A stretch of 64,000 bases of DNA from Fimbriosthenelais zetlandica (lineage: Eukaryota), in the NCBI GenBank assembly GCA_977030845.1, contig OZ365116.1:22010001-22074000 (forward strand), written 5' to 3'. This document shows, piece after piece, positions 51,906 through 64,000 of this stretch. How positions within the stretch are numbered: the first letter of the stretch is position 1; every line of letters begins with the position of its first letter. The notes below the pieces were generated by a model. It was not told where the DNA came from and ran no database searches. It saw only the letters and a program-made list of their open reading frames with translations. The position numbers were made by a program, and so were the translations under genes.

Positions 51906-52779
51906 AAAAATGGCCTGAAATCTGGAAGAGATGCCGCAATTATAAACGATACAGATGGGAGCAAATTAAAGCAAGATTGTCCTTTGATGATCTTCCAAAA
52001 TTGAGGATGAGACTCGACTCTTTAAATGGCGTTTGATGATGGTTAGAGAGGGAAATGATTATGGAGGCGCCTGATTAATGCGATTCTCTCTGAAGATAGA
52101 TCATTAAAGGTTATTTTAGTGGCTTTGGAGGGAGGACTTTCAAAAAGGATTCCCTGTAAGTACTTTGGTTTCCTTCATGAAGTCATTACTTTGCTATATT
52201 AGCTATTTCCATCATGCGACCAGGAAAGCCACTGATCTAGTGTGAACTTGTTAAAAGCTAGAAGTCTGATAATGCTATCAGGTTACCTCTGCCTCATACA
52301 GGTATAGATGTATACCGGAGAGAGAGGTTGTTTTGAGAAGTAAGCAAACACCATGGTAGGTTATCACATTCACAGGGCTGACGGGGTGTGTGCCTTGTTT
52401 TCATGAGATATAGAGGAGAAAGTCATAGATTTGTTAAGCCAGAAAAAGCTGGGACAGCGTTTAGATTTTCATTATGATTTCCCCTTAGATGAGAAATGTA
52501 CTAGGGAGTCACCGGGTTATATAAGTTTTTCCTGCTTTTCAGCTACCTAATGTGACCTGTTTTCCCTCATAACGTGAAATTTTACAAAAACATGACTTTA
52601 AAACATGTCAACCATTACTCTGATCCCTGAGAGTTATTAAAATTTAAGTATACACCGTCTTGTGACACTTTAAGGGGTAAATTGAGGTATCGTGCTAGTG
52701 CTTCCACCTCGTGTGATTTTCACAAACCACAGTCAGCTGTGGGGATGCTGGTTGTAGTGGGAGTAGTGAGGAATATGGG

Positions 52780-53256
52780 CACATGGACTCCATGGGTATG
52801 CCCCGCCTCCCACTACTTCCCTGTCTCCCATTCCCTCCACCTCCCACTCTCCCCACAGGTTCCCACAGCCACGCGTCTCACTGACTTCACAGAGTGTGGA
52901 GAGACAACCTGATCCCAAGTAAAGGCAAAGGAAAGTACGGCGTTCATTAGAAGGTAGCTGGGAAGGGGTGGAGCTATCTGGGAGGTGCCAACCACCACTC
53001 GTAACCCGAGCACCACCATAGCCACCACTATTGGGAGATAGAGTGTGACTGATCAATGGGGGCCACCACCAATACCACCACCACCACCACCACGTGACTC
53101 CCAGCCCAAGTATGTGGGTGGGGGAAGGGAGTGGAGGAGGAGTAAGAGTAGGAGGTGGAGTAGGAGGAAAAGCGGAGTGGAGCAGGCGACCCGAATCAGT
53201 TTGACTGCTTCACGCTCCGAGTCAACTACTCCCCTCACCTCACTGGGTGCAAAAAC
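52780..53256 (+). promoter_or_regulatory. TMTC1 5' leader/promoter region with GC box, polypyrimidine tract plus AG, (CCA)n repeat, E-box and two upstream ORFs
   Basis: CCCCGCCTCC at 52801; long C/T tract ending CCCCACAG at 52858; (CCA)n at about 53063-53093; CACGTG at 53091; uATGs at 53056 and 53112. Confidence 0.55.
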
Positions 53257-53648
53257 ATGGCTACAAAAAGTAGTTGTCTGCCACACTTACTAGTGGAGAA
53301 ACTATTAAAACACGGAAAGCCTCTGGAGAACAATAATTACATTTTTCCCAAGAGATCTTCATCAGCTTCATCCAAAAAGACTTGTAATAATAACGACCTT
53401 AACAGCAAACCCGAGTTGAGTCGTCTGGCCACCTATATTCTGGTGGCCAGTGTCTCTGTTCTCGTCTATATGAACTCCTTACATGGAGATTTCGTCCATG
53501 ATGATGTAGTAGCTATCAGGAATAATGCTGATGTGACGGGACCCTCTACCTCACTGCAGAGGATTTTTACCAATGATTTCTGGGGTAGACCTATTGTGGA
53601 CAAAGCCAGTCATAAGTCATACCGACCTCTCTGTGTCCTCAGCTTCAG
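53257..53648 (+). CDS. TMTC1: First coding exon of a TMTC-family protein O-mannosyltransferase (TMTC1-like); the rest of the gene lies beyond the window or was not recognised
   Basis: ATG in AAAAACATGG context with an in-frame TAG upstream at 53161. The translation has a hydrophobic TM segment (LATYILVASVSVLVYMNSL), then GDFVHDDVVAIRNNADV, IFTNDFWG and SHKSYRPLCVLSFR, the hallmark first luminal loop of TMTC proteins including the DD pair. The FVHDD variant matches TMTC1 as I recall it (TMTC2 has FCYDD). The exon ends at a phase-2 donor AG|GTAGGG (GT at 53649). No exon 2 motifs (HxVNxxLH, FAVHPIHTEAV) were found downstream. Confidence 0.93.
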
Positions 53649-56600
53649 GTAGGGTATTCAATCTATTTCTTTTACCCAAATCTTCAAAATATATTATGAA
53701 AACAAACTAGTCAAACTACAGGGAGAGTATAATGTTGGTGCAATATATCTATCTAAGATCATAGGGGACTCTTGAAAATATCTAGGCACAACCCCTGACC
53801 CTTCTTCCCAAGTTCTTTAGAAGTCAAACCAGGTACTTCCTTGTGCCGTATTGGGCCTACCGAGAAGCAATCTGCTCTCATGCCTCAATTGAATTTCCGT
53901 CCAGACAATCTAAGCCTAAGTGTTCTGCACTGGCACTATGTGATTCTTTAAGGCTGTGTTACCACAACAGTACAAGGAATGTGGCAGTACGGTGGTTAAA
54001 GGGTCGCCTATTTACCGTTGAGTGGGTATGGGTTCAGTGGAGTATTAAGTAGGGAGTAGTTGTGAGTAGTACTCGCCGAGGGCCGTAGTGACGGGATTAC
54101 TTTATGACCAAGTCTCGGCAATCACTGCTCAACCTCAACTTCCACATCGTCCACACACCAGCCCAAGGCTGCATACCCGCCAGTCACTGCAGTTGCATAC
54201 TAAAACCACAATTTATACCTCCTATTTTTGTAGTGATAGATGAAAAAGCTTATCCCATGGCCATATGTTACTGTGCAGTGTGATATGTAGGTTGGTGGCA
54301 TCATAAATATCTCACACGCTATCATCAACCTTCACTCAAGCCATGCCAAGGTTTAGATGGCAGATCCCGGGTCCAGCCTTCAAACTTAAGCGATGTGATT
54401 TAGATGTTTGCGATATGATCGGCGGACTAGTGAAGAGATGGTATCATGGAGATAGAGGCGTGTTGTTAACACGGAACATGGCTATCAATATGGTATCACA
54501 TGCACACATTGTATACCCGTGTGGACTTAGATATTGATCGCCACTAATTGTTAAAGGACTTACAGGGCTGATCAGCAGTAATGTACAGTGTTATCAGGGG
54601 GAGTGATTACTTGTTTCATACATATATCCAGTGATTGTAGTGGGGGATCCATGTCCTATTGAGTTGATTTCATCACAGATACAGAGACAGACTATAGCAA
54701 TCATCTGTAAGTTAGAACCACACCTCTCTTTCCACGACCATCAAGCTCCTACCGTCTTCCTCCTGCCAGGATCTGGCATGAAAGGCGCGTCAATCCCAAT
54801 TTAACCATTAGAAGAGTTCTCAGCCTGTCTGGACGCCAATTCCAAACAAAAGACCACTCGTTAAGCCCAATGAAAAATCGGTCTGGCAGTCCCCTGGGAG
54901 AGAGAGACGGACAATGGTAGCATTAGCGGTAAAGGCGTTGGCCACCATGATCTTGTCCCACCAGACCCAGCTCACCGCTCCTTGTTGTAGTCCTGATAAG
55001 GTATTGTGGTGCTCAACCATTACAGCTAAGCGGGGTGCTAACTACTGTGGCTGGCCCCCACTGTACCATGGAACTGTAGAGATTACTGTATAGAACAAGT
55101 CCATGGATCCCAGAGAGACAAGCGTGGTGTGATGAGGAGGGATTGATCCGGGTGTTAATTGTACACCATCACGCCGCATTGCTTGACAAGCATTGGTAAT
55201 AGGGAGAGCGGGCAATAAAGACTGCTGTAAAGAAGCAGGATCGAACAATTGACAGTATAGGAGGAATATACTGGCATCAGAGCAAGGTGCTAGTCTTACC
55301 AACGAGTATAGACGTTGGTCTTACTGATGTACATGAACAAAATATGGCAATGCCACATGACGACGATGCCACTGGCGTACTTGAGGTTTCGTCAAAAAGT
55401 CATATGCCGAGATCTGAAACATTCATCTATCGTACCAATGACGACAAACTGATTTTTAGTGATTTTTGTTTAGGAATTTGAATGGAAGCTACTCGTCTTG
55501 TTTCAGCCTTACATATTGCCCTGAGCGCTGATTTTTATTAGGGCAGTGTAACACTTATTCCATCAAATGAAGGGATCGCTTCATAGCCATAAAGCCAATC
55601 CCTGGCCTTGGCAGTGGCCGGTTTGTGATGCGATGGGCTCGCCTTCTTTATGCAGGCTCTGTACTCCTCCATCATTTAGTTCTCTTCCCCGCCCGCCGAC
55701 CCGGTCACCATGTATCATGCCCCTCCCCTCGTCCCGACCCCATGATGAGAGTCGGGGATAGCAAGAGGTAAAACGGGGAAATCACTGATACCGCCGCCTC
55801 ACCCATTGAATCAATCATAGATGGCCATACACGTACTTGAATGCTTCTTCTCAAGCCATTGTCTATACCACTGTCTTAACGTCTATTTCACCATGGTATT
55901 GACCGAGATTGATCGTGGATATGAGCAAAGGTGATGAACTGAATATTGATAACATAGCAGTGAGCAGCAATTCCATTATCCTGCGATGAATCTAACTATA
56001 GTTTAGATATACTTTTAGGGCATTACATGAAGTATATGTTTTAAAAGCTTTGTGCCATTTGTTGCATGTTTTTCATTTGCAATGAATCTCATGAAAAGTG
56101 TCTTATCTCTTGTGCTATTACTGCCAATTTTGGTTATTGCTCCAAAGAATAAAATGTCGTGAAGATAATGGAGAGTAGGTGGTGTGCCAGGGGGAGTTAA
56201 GCGTAACCCCTGACCGTGTAGAATGTATAGAAACAATATGTAGGTCTGAGGATATTATAGACCAACTCACTTATCACCGCCTCATCGACATGAGTGCATA
56301 CTGAGACGGCTGTAGACGGAACGCACGATCCAAACTTAACAGCAAATGTATTTAGCTTGAGGCGAGGTGGGGCCCTGTAGTAGCTTTATGTGGGCACGTC
56401 ACGCTATAGTAGAAGGGCTGGAGCGCCAAACACAGCAAACATACTTATACAAGATCCATCCCGCATTCACACCATTGCTTTTCTCCATTCAAACCTAATA
56501 TTAATCCCCTTCTAATGATTTCTTCATCATTTCACACTAAAAAGCTTGTGTGCCACAGACCTCGCCTTTTTGTTTGTGGCCTAAGTAGTATGGTGTAGCG

Positions 56601-59600
56601 TTGATTAATTGGAATGGAATCCTCCCGAACACTTGTCTATGTTGAAACAGTCCTTAGAGTGTGGAATTGGCCGCTGAATTTTTTGTCGCCTTGTCTTAAC
56701 CCCTCATTCGTTTTAGAATTAGTGTCGGGAAGACGGGAAAGAGGGATGTGGTGGAGGCATGTATCACTTTTAGAAGGTTAATCTCAGCGTCAGACTTTTC
56801 AAATCAGATTTTTTCAAATCGTCACATTTCCACAGAGATGACAAATAATCTGCCTTGCATCATGTTCATGGAGGTACAGTGCTGTATACCAGGCAATGTA
56901 CTCGCTGTATACAATCACTCCCACAGTAAACTGACAATAATCTCTCTATACGAGATGATGTAAAATGACATAGACTAGAATAGCTGTACTCTAATCGCCC
57001 AGGCTGATAGGCATGACACATAAAGTAGCCCTGCTCTCGCTGCTGGCCCTTTGTGACCAAGCCCAGAACTCGCTGCCAAGTTTCTACCCAAAGCTTCCCA
57101 GATGACGGGCTTTGAAGGCACACCTGATCTACAGCCTCATAGAGCAGGGGAAAGAGAAGAGACGGGAGAAAGAGTGGGGGTAGATTAGGCTCATAAAATC
57201 CAGCACATATAATCACCTCACTGCATGAACAGCCTTATTTGTCTATGACAACATGAAAGTCTAGCACCCCCAGTTTATAGAAGAAATCCCTATCCCCTTT
57301 TGTTTATTGATTCTTCAAAGCTTGGCTTGCACGGAACTATTTTTCACCAGGGGCTTAGAAACTGGCTCCCAATGGATTTTACCTAGCTTACTTGCGCAAG
57401 CAATGTATTAATTATGGAACAAAATGTGCAGGTGTTGCAAAATAGCATGCTCTGTTCTCGTGGGATCTTCTGGGGGATTTTTATTATTGTTTGAGGGACA
57501 GGAGTACTTTGTTACTTCTTGTAATGTAATTAGTAAATTACAAGGATCGCTACCTCAAACAATGCCTGTCTGATATGAATTATTCCAGTAGTGCATGATA
57601 ACGGAGCATTATCGTGGAAGGTCGCTGTTCAACTTTCATCCCCTTTATCTGCATCAGACCGATCACCCTACTGCCATGGCAACTGTTAAATAAATTCCAG
57701 CTCATGAATTCAATGCATAAGATAATGGCGAGAGTCCTCATTAAGAATTTGATTTCTGAGGGGGATAACATGAATTAAAGGCCCAGTGTCAGCCTTGATC
57801 AAAAGATTCCATTCGTCTTCATTTCATCTCAGATCCAATGGGAACCCTTTTTTAAAGTTACCGTTGAGAATTAAAAAAATAGTTGGAGGCACAAGAGAAG
57901 TGCCAGAGGAGGAATTATTTTGAGGAGTTGTTCATCAATTTTCCTTGACTGGGGTGGCTTTGATTTGGCTCACCTTTACATTGCATTGTGTTACTGGGCA
58001 CCAGTGGAAGATGTTTTTATGAAAGCATTCCCAACTTTCATTACGACCGTTCATATTGATGGAGGGTGCACCGACAACCAACAATCATTTTAATGCAGCA
58101 AGGTTGATCTGAGGACCAGGTGCATGGCCACCCACCCTGCCCTCATCTGCCGTTAATCCCGCATTCTATTGATTGAAATTGATATCTCTACTATAGAGGA
58201 CATATGGATATGTTAATACCATAGATCCTCCATCTGGATTAATTGATCAGTATACCTCTCATCCTGCTCTCATATAATCCGATTAGTGATTGGATCCATG
58301 CTACTAATCAGTTAGTTCATCAGCATTATAATGCCTTCATTCATTCCTCAGCTTAGAAAGGCATTCATATTTCCCTGTACTAAATCCTCAGATGTATCAA
58401 AAAGCCTGCCCGAGTAGATAAAACCTTAATAAGCAAAAACATGGCAAAGACGGGACTGGGACATTAAAGAAGCTCTATATTCAGGGAAAGCCTATTTGAA
58501 CAGCAGAGCATTGAGGGCAGCTTTTGTTGTTCTTTCCCTTCCTAGTCATTTATGACAAAACATTCACGTTGCATCCGACCTATGGTACGGCGGCCCTGGC
58601 CGTGTTCTGAAAGGAACATCAACAAACATGTTTAAAAATACATGATACATGTGTATGCCTATACATGCATCCTTGTTATACCTGCTCTCCCACCCAGCCT
58701 GCTTTATGACCTGTGACATCTTTCTCTATTCATGCCACCTTGCACAGTCAATATTTGAAGTTTTTAGGTGGCATCTAGAATTTAGGTTGTTTCTGCTCTG
58801 CAAACTGAAATGTAGAAACGACTGTCCTGGATCAACTTGTACTTGTGTGGACTTGTTCTTTGTTGGTCGGAACATGTTTATAGATTACCCATGTCGACCT
58901 GTCGCCAGCCGTCTACATGAGTGGGTTATTTTGGGTCTCTCTCACCTGTATATATAACTTCCAATGGAACTGCTTTACACAGGCAATCTCCAGATGAAGT
59001 GACTACATGACCTACAGGCTTCCTTATCAGATTCCCTCAGAGCCTCTGTGATTATGATTATTCCGGCTTAGTGAAAAGTTATAATGTAATGTACATCATC
59101 AGTGGCCTTCTATTAGGCGGGTGTAAGAGCGATATTTAAGCATATAAGCATATTATCATTAAAGCTGGTCAATTGACACCAGTGCTGTGATAAAGAAGGC
59201 TTATTGTCTCTTGTATTCCTCCCGATCCTCTTAGTTTTAATCCTATTATTAGTGTAACTCTTGTCTATGTTTTCTCATGCTTTGAATATAATTTCTCATA
59301 CTTCTTATCAGAATTTTGAGGAAAGGGCCTCCCGGGCATATGCCAATACGAAATGAATGTCTATTCATGACATCTTTGAGTTCATAAACTTATCATGTTT
59401 GCCATATCTGAGATATTTTTCCTTCCTTTATATATACATTTGTAAAGCCTTACAAGCATATTGCTGTTTTTGGCATTGACTGATCTTCATGAATGCCGTC
59501 TTACTCTCCAACACATTATTAGTTGCTAGAGTTTAATGCGTTGACATTTAGTTTCCATCCATACTTGAGCATCGAAATCTAAAGCACATGCATTATCCTT

Positions 59601-62600
59601 CTACAGTCTTGAGCTTTTATCTTGAAATTCTACAATAAGTAAGTTCTCAATCCGGTTTGTTGGACATTTGACAGCATCAGGTCTGAATAGTGTGAAGAAG
59701 TATTGCCTCGAGTGAATATACATGAACGTGGTCGGTGCCTTGTGAACTACTCAGTGTAAACTATATACTGTTCATTCCCATTGATGCATGCCAAGCTCAA
59801 CGTACTGGAAGAAGATAAGCTTTCCTCTACGCGTATAAATACATGCCTCAAGCCAAGGGCAGGCGGGTCAGAAACTGTCATTGATGAGGATGGCAGCTAA
59901 AGGTACCATAATAATGTCAATCCTGCTGAGCTCATACCTAGATTATCATGTAATGTATTATGTACGTGAAGGATTATTCCTAAGAAATATGTATAGAAGG
60001 AAAGACAAAATACATGACAGTCCTTCTGTCCCATTCCCACTGAATAATTTTACAATAGCTTTCAGTTCGATTGTATTTGTGTATGGGGTATTTTCGCATG
60101 TAGTTACTGGCTTATATGGCTCTGTATCAGCAGCTAACTCTGTGATACAAGGATTTAGCATAAATGAGGATACATCGGGGATCTAAATGCTATTTACCCT
60201 TGTGTAGATTCACTCAAAGCTATCCTTAACATGCTTAAGAGAGAAGTTAAGTCTGTGTTGAAGGCAATACAAATTGGGGTTAAGGATTGTGGTCGTGTGT
60301 GCTGGCTGACTGCCTGAGGCAGGTTAATCTGATTCCCTGTTTGGGTGGTGGGCTCTCATGATGAAGGAAGGCAGGGCGAGGCTGAGGGACGTCTGAGACA
60401 CATCAAAGAAACGCTAGTATATATACCCATCCCTACAATTCACCACCTTGATACACTTCTACATTCTATATCCCTCCTTCAAATCTCGGTATTTTGGATA
60501 TTCACACGATTTGGTATGATGCAGATGACATTGCAATTGAGGTTGGATATAGAAGGGGATGTTTCCTCGCTTCTTGTGGGTTCCATTGTTGAAATGGCCT
60601 GAACCCCCAGGCTATGTGCTCCTATACGGAGGTACGGCTATATAGTATTACAGCGATATAGATGTGTCAGTCCTCTATGGTCTGGCTTACCTCACTTGTC
60701 TATTGGCTGTCGTTCTTGTAGGCTATTAGGCTGGACAAAGGACAGACCATGTCTGAATGGTTCTCACTAAGCTGGACATGATGGAGTTTAACAGACCGTT
60801 AAACTAGCAGTATTACAATCATATATTGAGTGTTTATATTCTACATGCAGCTCTCTGTGTTCAGGCAGTCAAGTGCAGCACAGTTGATGCAGCTGTATAT
60901 AAAGCTGATTTCCTGACCTTTACATTGTATTGTATATTTGGTTTGTCTCTGCACCTGCTATAGATCTTATTAATGAAATATGACAACTGCTCATAGCAGT
61001 GTTGGATATTTATACTACTTTTCCCTTTAAGAGAGGAAAGATTTGAAAAATGTCGCCTAACTTTAAGCATTTAGGTGCTGTAGATAATGTGAAATCTCAA
61101 CTCTTGGCCTTCCTTCTCCTTAGTGTTGTAAGCCAAGGTGTATACACGATCTGACCAAATGGCTGAATTACCCTTAAATGTGTTGTATTGGTATATTGAA
61201 GTACATAGAGGCCATTATACAACCATAGGCTAATGCATTGTTGTGCAACGCAAGCATAATTGCAATTGATATAGTTTGGTGCGTAGGCTAACGTAGTTTG
61301 GACAGTCTCTAGGTTTCATTAGACTTTTTTGACAGTTGAACCATATTGACTGAGCACATGGTAGCCTATTTGGTCACACTTCTGATCACTTTGCCAGTCT
61401 TCCTCCTTCCTCTCGTTCTGACTTTACCATGTGTGTATTCCCAGTCCCCGTCCACTATTGTCATCATGATTGTATTCAGCCCCCAAGTCGCTGCTCAACC
61501 AGGGGACCAATCTGCACCACTCTCTGTCTCTGTCCTCTACCCACCCCCATCCCCTCCCCCTGCGCCACCTTCCCTCACCGCCAATTTGCTGTCATTTCTT
61601 TCCACTTAACTGGATGTGTCATCCAGACTTCTTTTTATCGTGGCCAGGCTATTTAATGCCTGCCTTTCCGGCTCACAGGGGGACGATCAATTTTCTTGTC
61701 AGCTCTGTTTTCGATTCTTATCCCCAGACATTCTTCTGCATTGTGTTTCTGCCTCTTCTCCTACCACTGACCCTAGAATTATACAATTGTCATCTGCCGG
61801 TCTCTCTTTTGATGTAGGATACCATCCCAAACTGCCAAAAGGCATGTAAAGCACGCCCACACTGATATGTAATTCATCCAATCTACGCTGTTGAAATAGC
61901 CCAGTTACTTGTAATCTGTGACATTTTATTAAGAGAAAATTTGCTGGTGTCCCATCCCAGGTAACATTTGAATGCACCACCAAGTTTTATAGCCCTGTCC
62001 CATCCATCAGCGATAAGTTGATATATATAACAGTGTCTTCCTTAAACCAACATGAAGTATGTTGGCGTTTCAGTGGGAGGGATCAGTGAGTATACAGGAT
62101 GGGTTGTTGACTGAGTTCAGACGTGGCCTGAGGCTGGGACATTCTCAGTGCAACAGATCCCGTTCTCAGCCATGATTTACGACATGTCATCAATAGGTGC
62201 TGCTTTCATCTGAGGGATTGCTGGAAGGAAAACAGGTGAAATGCACACCTACAGCAGAACAAAAACACTGTGACAGATGGCGGAACCCTCCTCTCTCAAT
62301 GTGTACTAGAGGGAATAAGACATTGTGCTGAACAATGTGCTGATTCTCGGTCTATCAGCTTACTGCTGTAACCACACTGCCTACTGTAGGTGGGTGAGAA
62401 GCTAATATTAGCTGTCCCCACTCCTCCCTGACCTTCTCCCCTGTCACCTCCCTCATTCTACTCCCCACAAAGCAGGTTCACCCCTCCTTAAAACCTCTCC
62501 TTCAAAGCAGAACAAGTGGAGGCTGGAGAGAAGGCGATTGCCATGGCAACTGATAACCTTTAACTAGCTTCAGTCTTGGACCCTTCAACAGCTCTCTTAT

Positions 62601-62784
62601 AGTTACCACGTGACAGAGCTGAGATAAAGACCCTTGTTGCCATAGTACCCAGGAGACTGGCCTTATCTATGGGAGTTGATGGGACGCCCCATAGTGTATG
62701 ACAGTCAGTGGTCAGTCCAGGTCTGCCCACTGGTCAGTTTATATCAACAGAGAATCGTTGACAATTGGACTCCTAATGTATATA

Positions 62785-62828
62785 TAGGGTATCATCCCAT
62801 TATTGTAGGGTATCATCCCATTATTGTA
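62785..62828 (+). repeat. Perfect 21-bp tandem duplication
   Basis: TAGGGTATCATCCCATTATTG x2 plus TA. Confidence 0.95.
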
Positions 62829-64000
62829 TTGGCGCTATGCTACTTCTGAAAGGCAAATTTATCATTTTATGGGCAGTTATGAAAGGCAGACGAAGTGTGA
62901 AGTTGAACATTGATTGAGTATGATACAGTGATCTGTCAATATGTGTTAGAACACTGACTGACAAGTTGTCTCATCTCTCAAGACAAGGAGGGCATAGAGC
63001 CTGAATGTTTCTCCAAGAACCAAGAACTTGTTTTTCCGAATATATGCGGCAATAAAATACATTCAACGTAGCTCGCTTGGGATTTGTATGAAGCATGTAT
63101 TTGAGTAGATCTAAGCTTTAATGTACATCAAACTTATGTTTTCATGGTATCCTGTTATTTAGATGTCGCACGGTGATTTATCAGGATAGCAGATGACAAT
63201 GTGCCAAAAGCCAGCCATCAGATGAGGTCCCCTCACATACCCCCTAATGACCTCAACTCAAATTAAAATATCACGGCCCGTTGAGCACTGCCAGTCCTCA
63301 CTCATTGGTAATTGCTTCAGTCACTATGGAAACCAGGAGCAAATGGCTGGCAGGATAGGGTCCCTGCTATTATATGTACAGGTCTAAAAAGATATTAAAG
63401 AGCTCCTATACTGCCATCTGGCGCACAGTGATCAGGCTGCAGACCGGAAGGAACAGGAGCAGAACTTGTGCATGAAAAAGCATATGTCATTGCTCTCTTG
63501 AAACTCTTGATCAAGGAAATGTTACTCGGTGGGTTTTTGAGACACTACTTTATTAAATAGATACGTTTGCAGGGGGAAAACGAGTTGAATAGTTTGCAGA
63601 TGATGCCATCATGATCTCATTCACAGCTTTACAAAACCCCAATTCATCTTTTTCAAAGTTTTTTTCCATAAAGTCTCTATGATTGAGGATCTTATTGGCT
63701 GTCCTATGTGACATTTGCTTGCCGCTGATGATCCATGTCTCAGCTGTTAGACTGATTGATGGCCGTGGTCTCAGGTGTGGTAAGCTTCACTACTAGTCCC
63801 CCACTGATCACTGCCACCTTAAAGACGCGGTCTGGCCCAGTCTTCAGCATCCTTAAGTGTTCACTTTTACCCTACAAGACGTGACCTCAGGAAAGGTCAC
63901 GGTTTATGGCTTGTTCCTGGACCGTTAGCTAAGCGACTAATCAAAATGTGGTCAGAGGAAGAATATAAAGTACACAATATATGAGTGACTGGGTGTTATA

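Noticed and set aside
55330-55420. Minus frame ISAYDFLTKP resembling a bacterial response-regulator motif
   Set aside because: Very short, preceded by a stop, with no receiver-domain context; judged coincidence.
55742-55788. ATGATGA...CTGA resembling snoRNA C/D boxes in the TMTC1 intron
   Set aside because: Too short, with no terminal stem and no recognisable guide.
61640-61849. Phase-2 exon candidate starting R-LFN as TMTC1 exon 2
   Set aside because: Lacks the TMTC HxVNxxLH and FAVHPIHTEAV motifs.
62575-62595. TTGGACCCTTCAACAGCT, resembling miR-133
   Set aside because: The seed differs, there are indels, and no complementary arm forms a hairpin.

Overview
This looks like animal (probably invertebrate bilaterian) nuclear DNA: GC in the low 40s % by eye, CpG-poor background with local CpG-retaining islands, and mostly non-coding. 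One gene is securely recognisable: the first coding exon of a TMTC1-type protein O-mannosyltransferase on the + strand (53257-53648), followed by an intron that apparently runs past the window end. Two CpG islands at about 16 kb and 18.8 kb each hold a candidate spliced minus-strand small ORF. One is an F-box-like 44-aa peptide; the other ends in a helical segment with a PDZ-binding-type C-terminus. A 1.1-kb element bounded by 41-bp terminal inverted repeats (35324-36423) carries a duplicated cassette of CpG-rich palindromes. The rest contains several homotypic transcription-factor motif clusters (K50-homeodomain, MiT/E-box, CRE, Onecut-like, RFX), isolated exon-like segments and short tandem repeats. 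I saw no rRNA, tRNA, CRISPR array or intact transposase/RT ORF. Most ORF-track entries look like chance ORFs. I cannot support a clear-cut new biological system; the findings are leads, and protein-family comparisons come from remembered consensus sequences, not searches.
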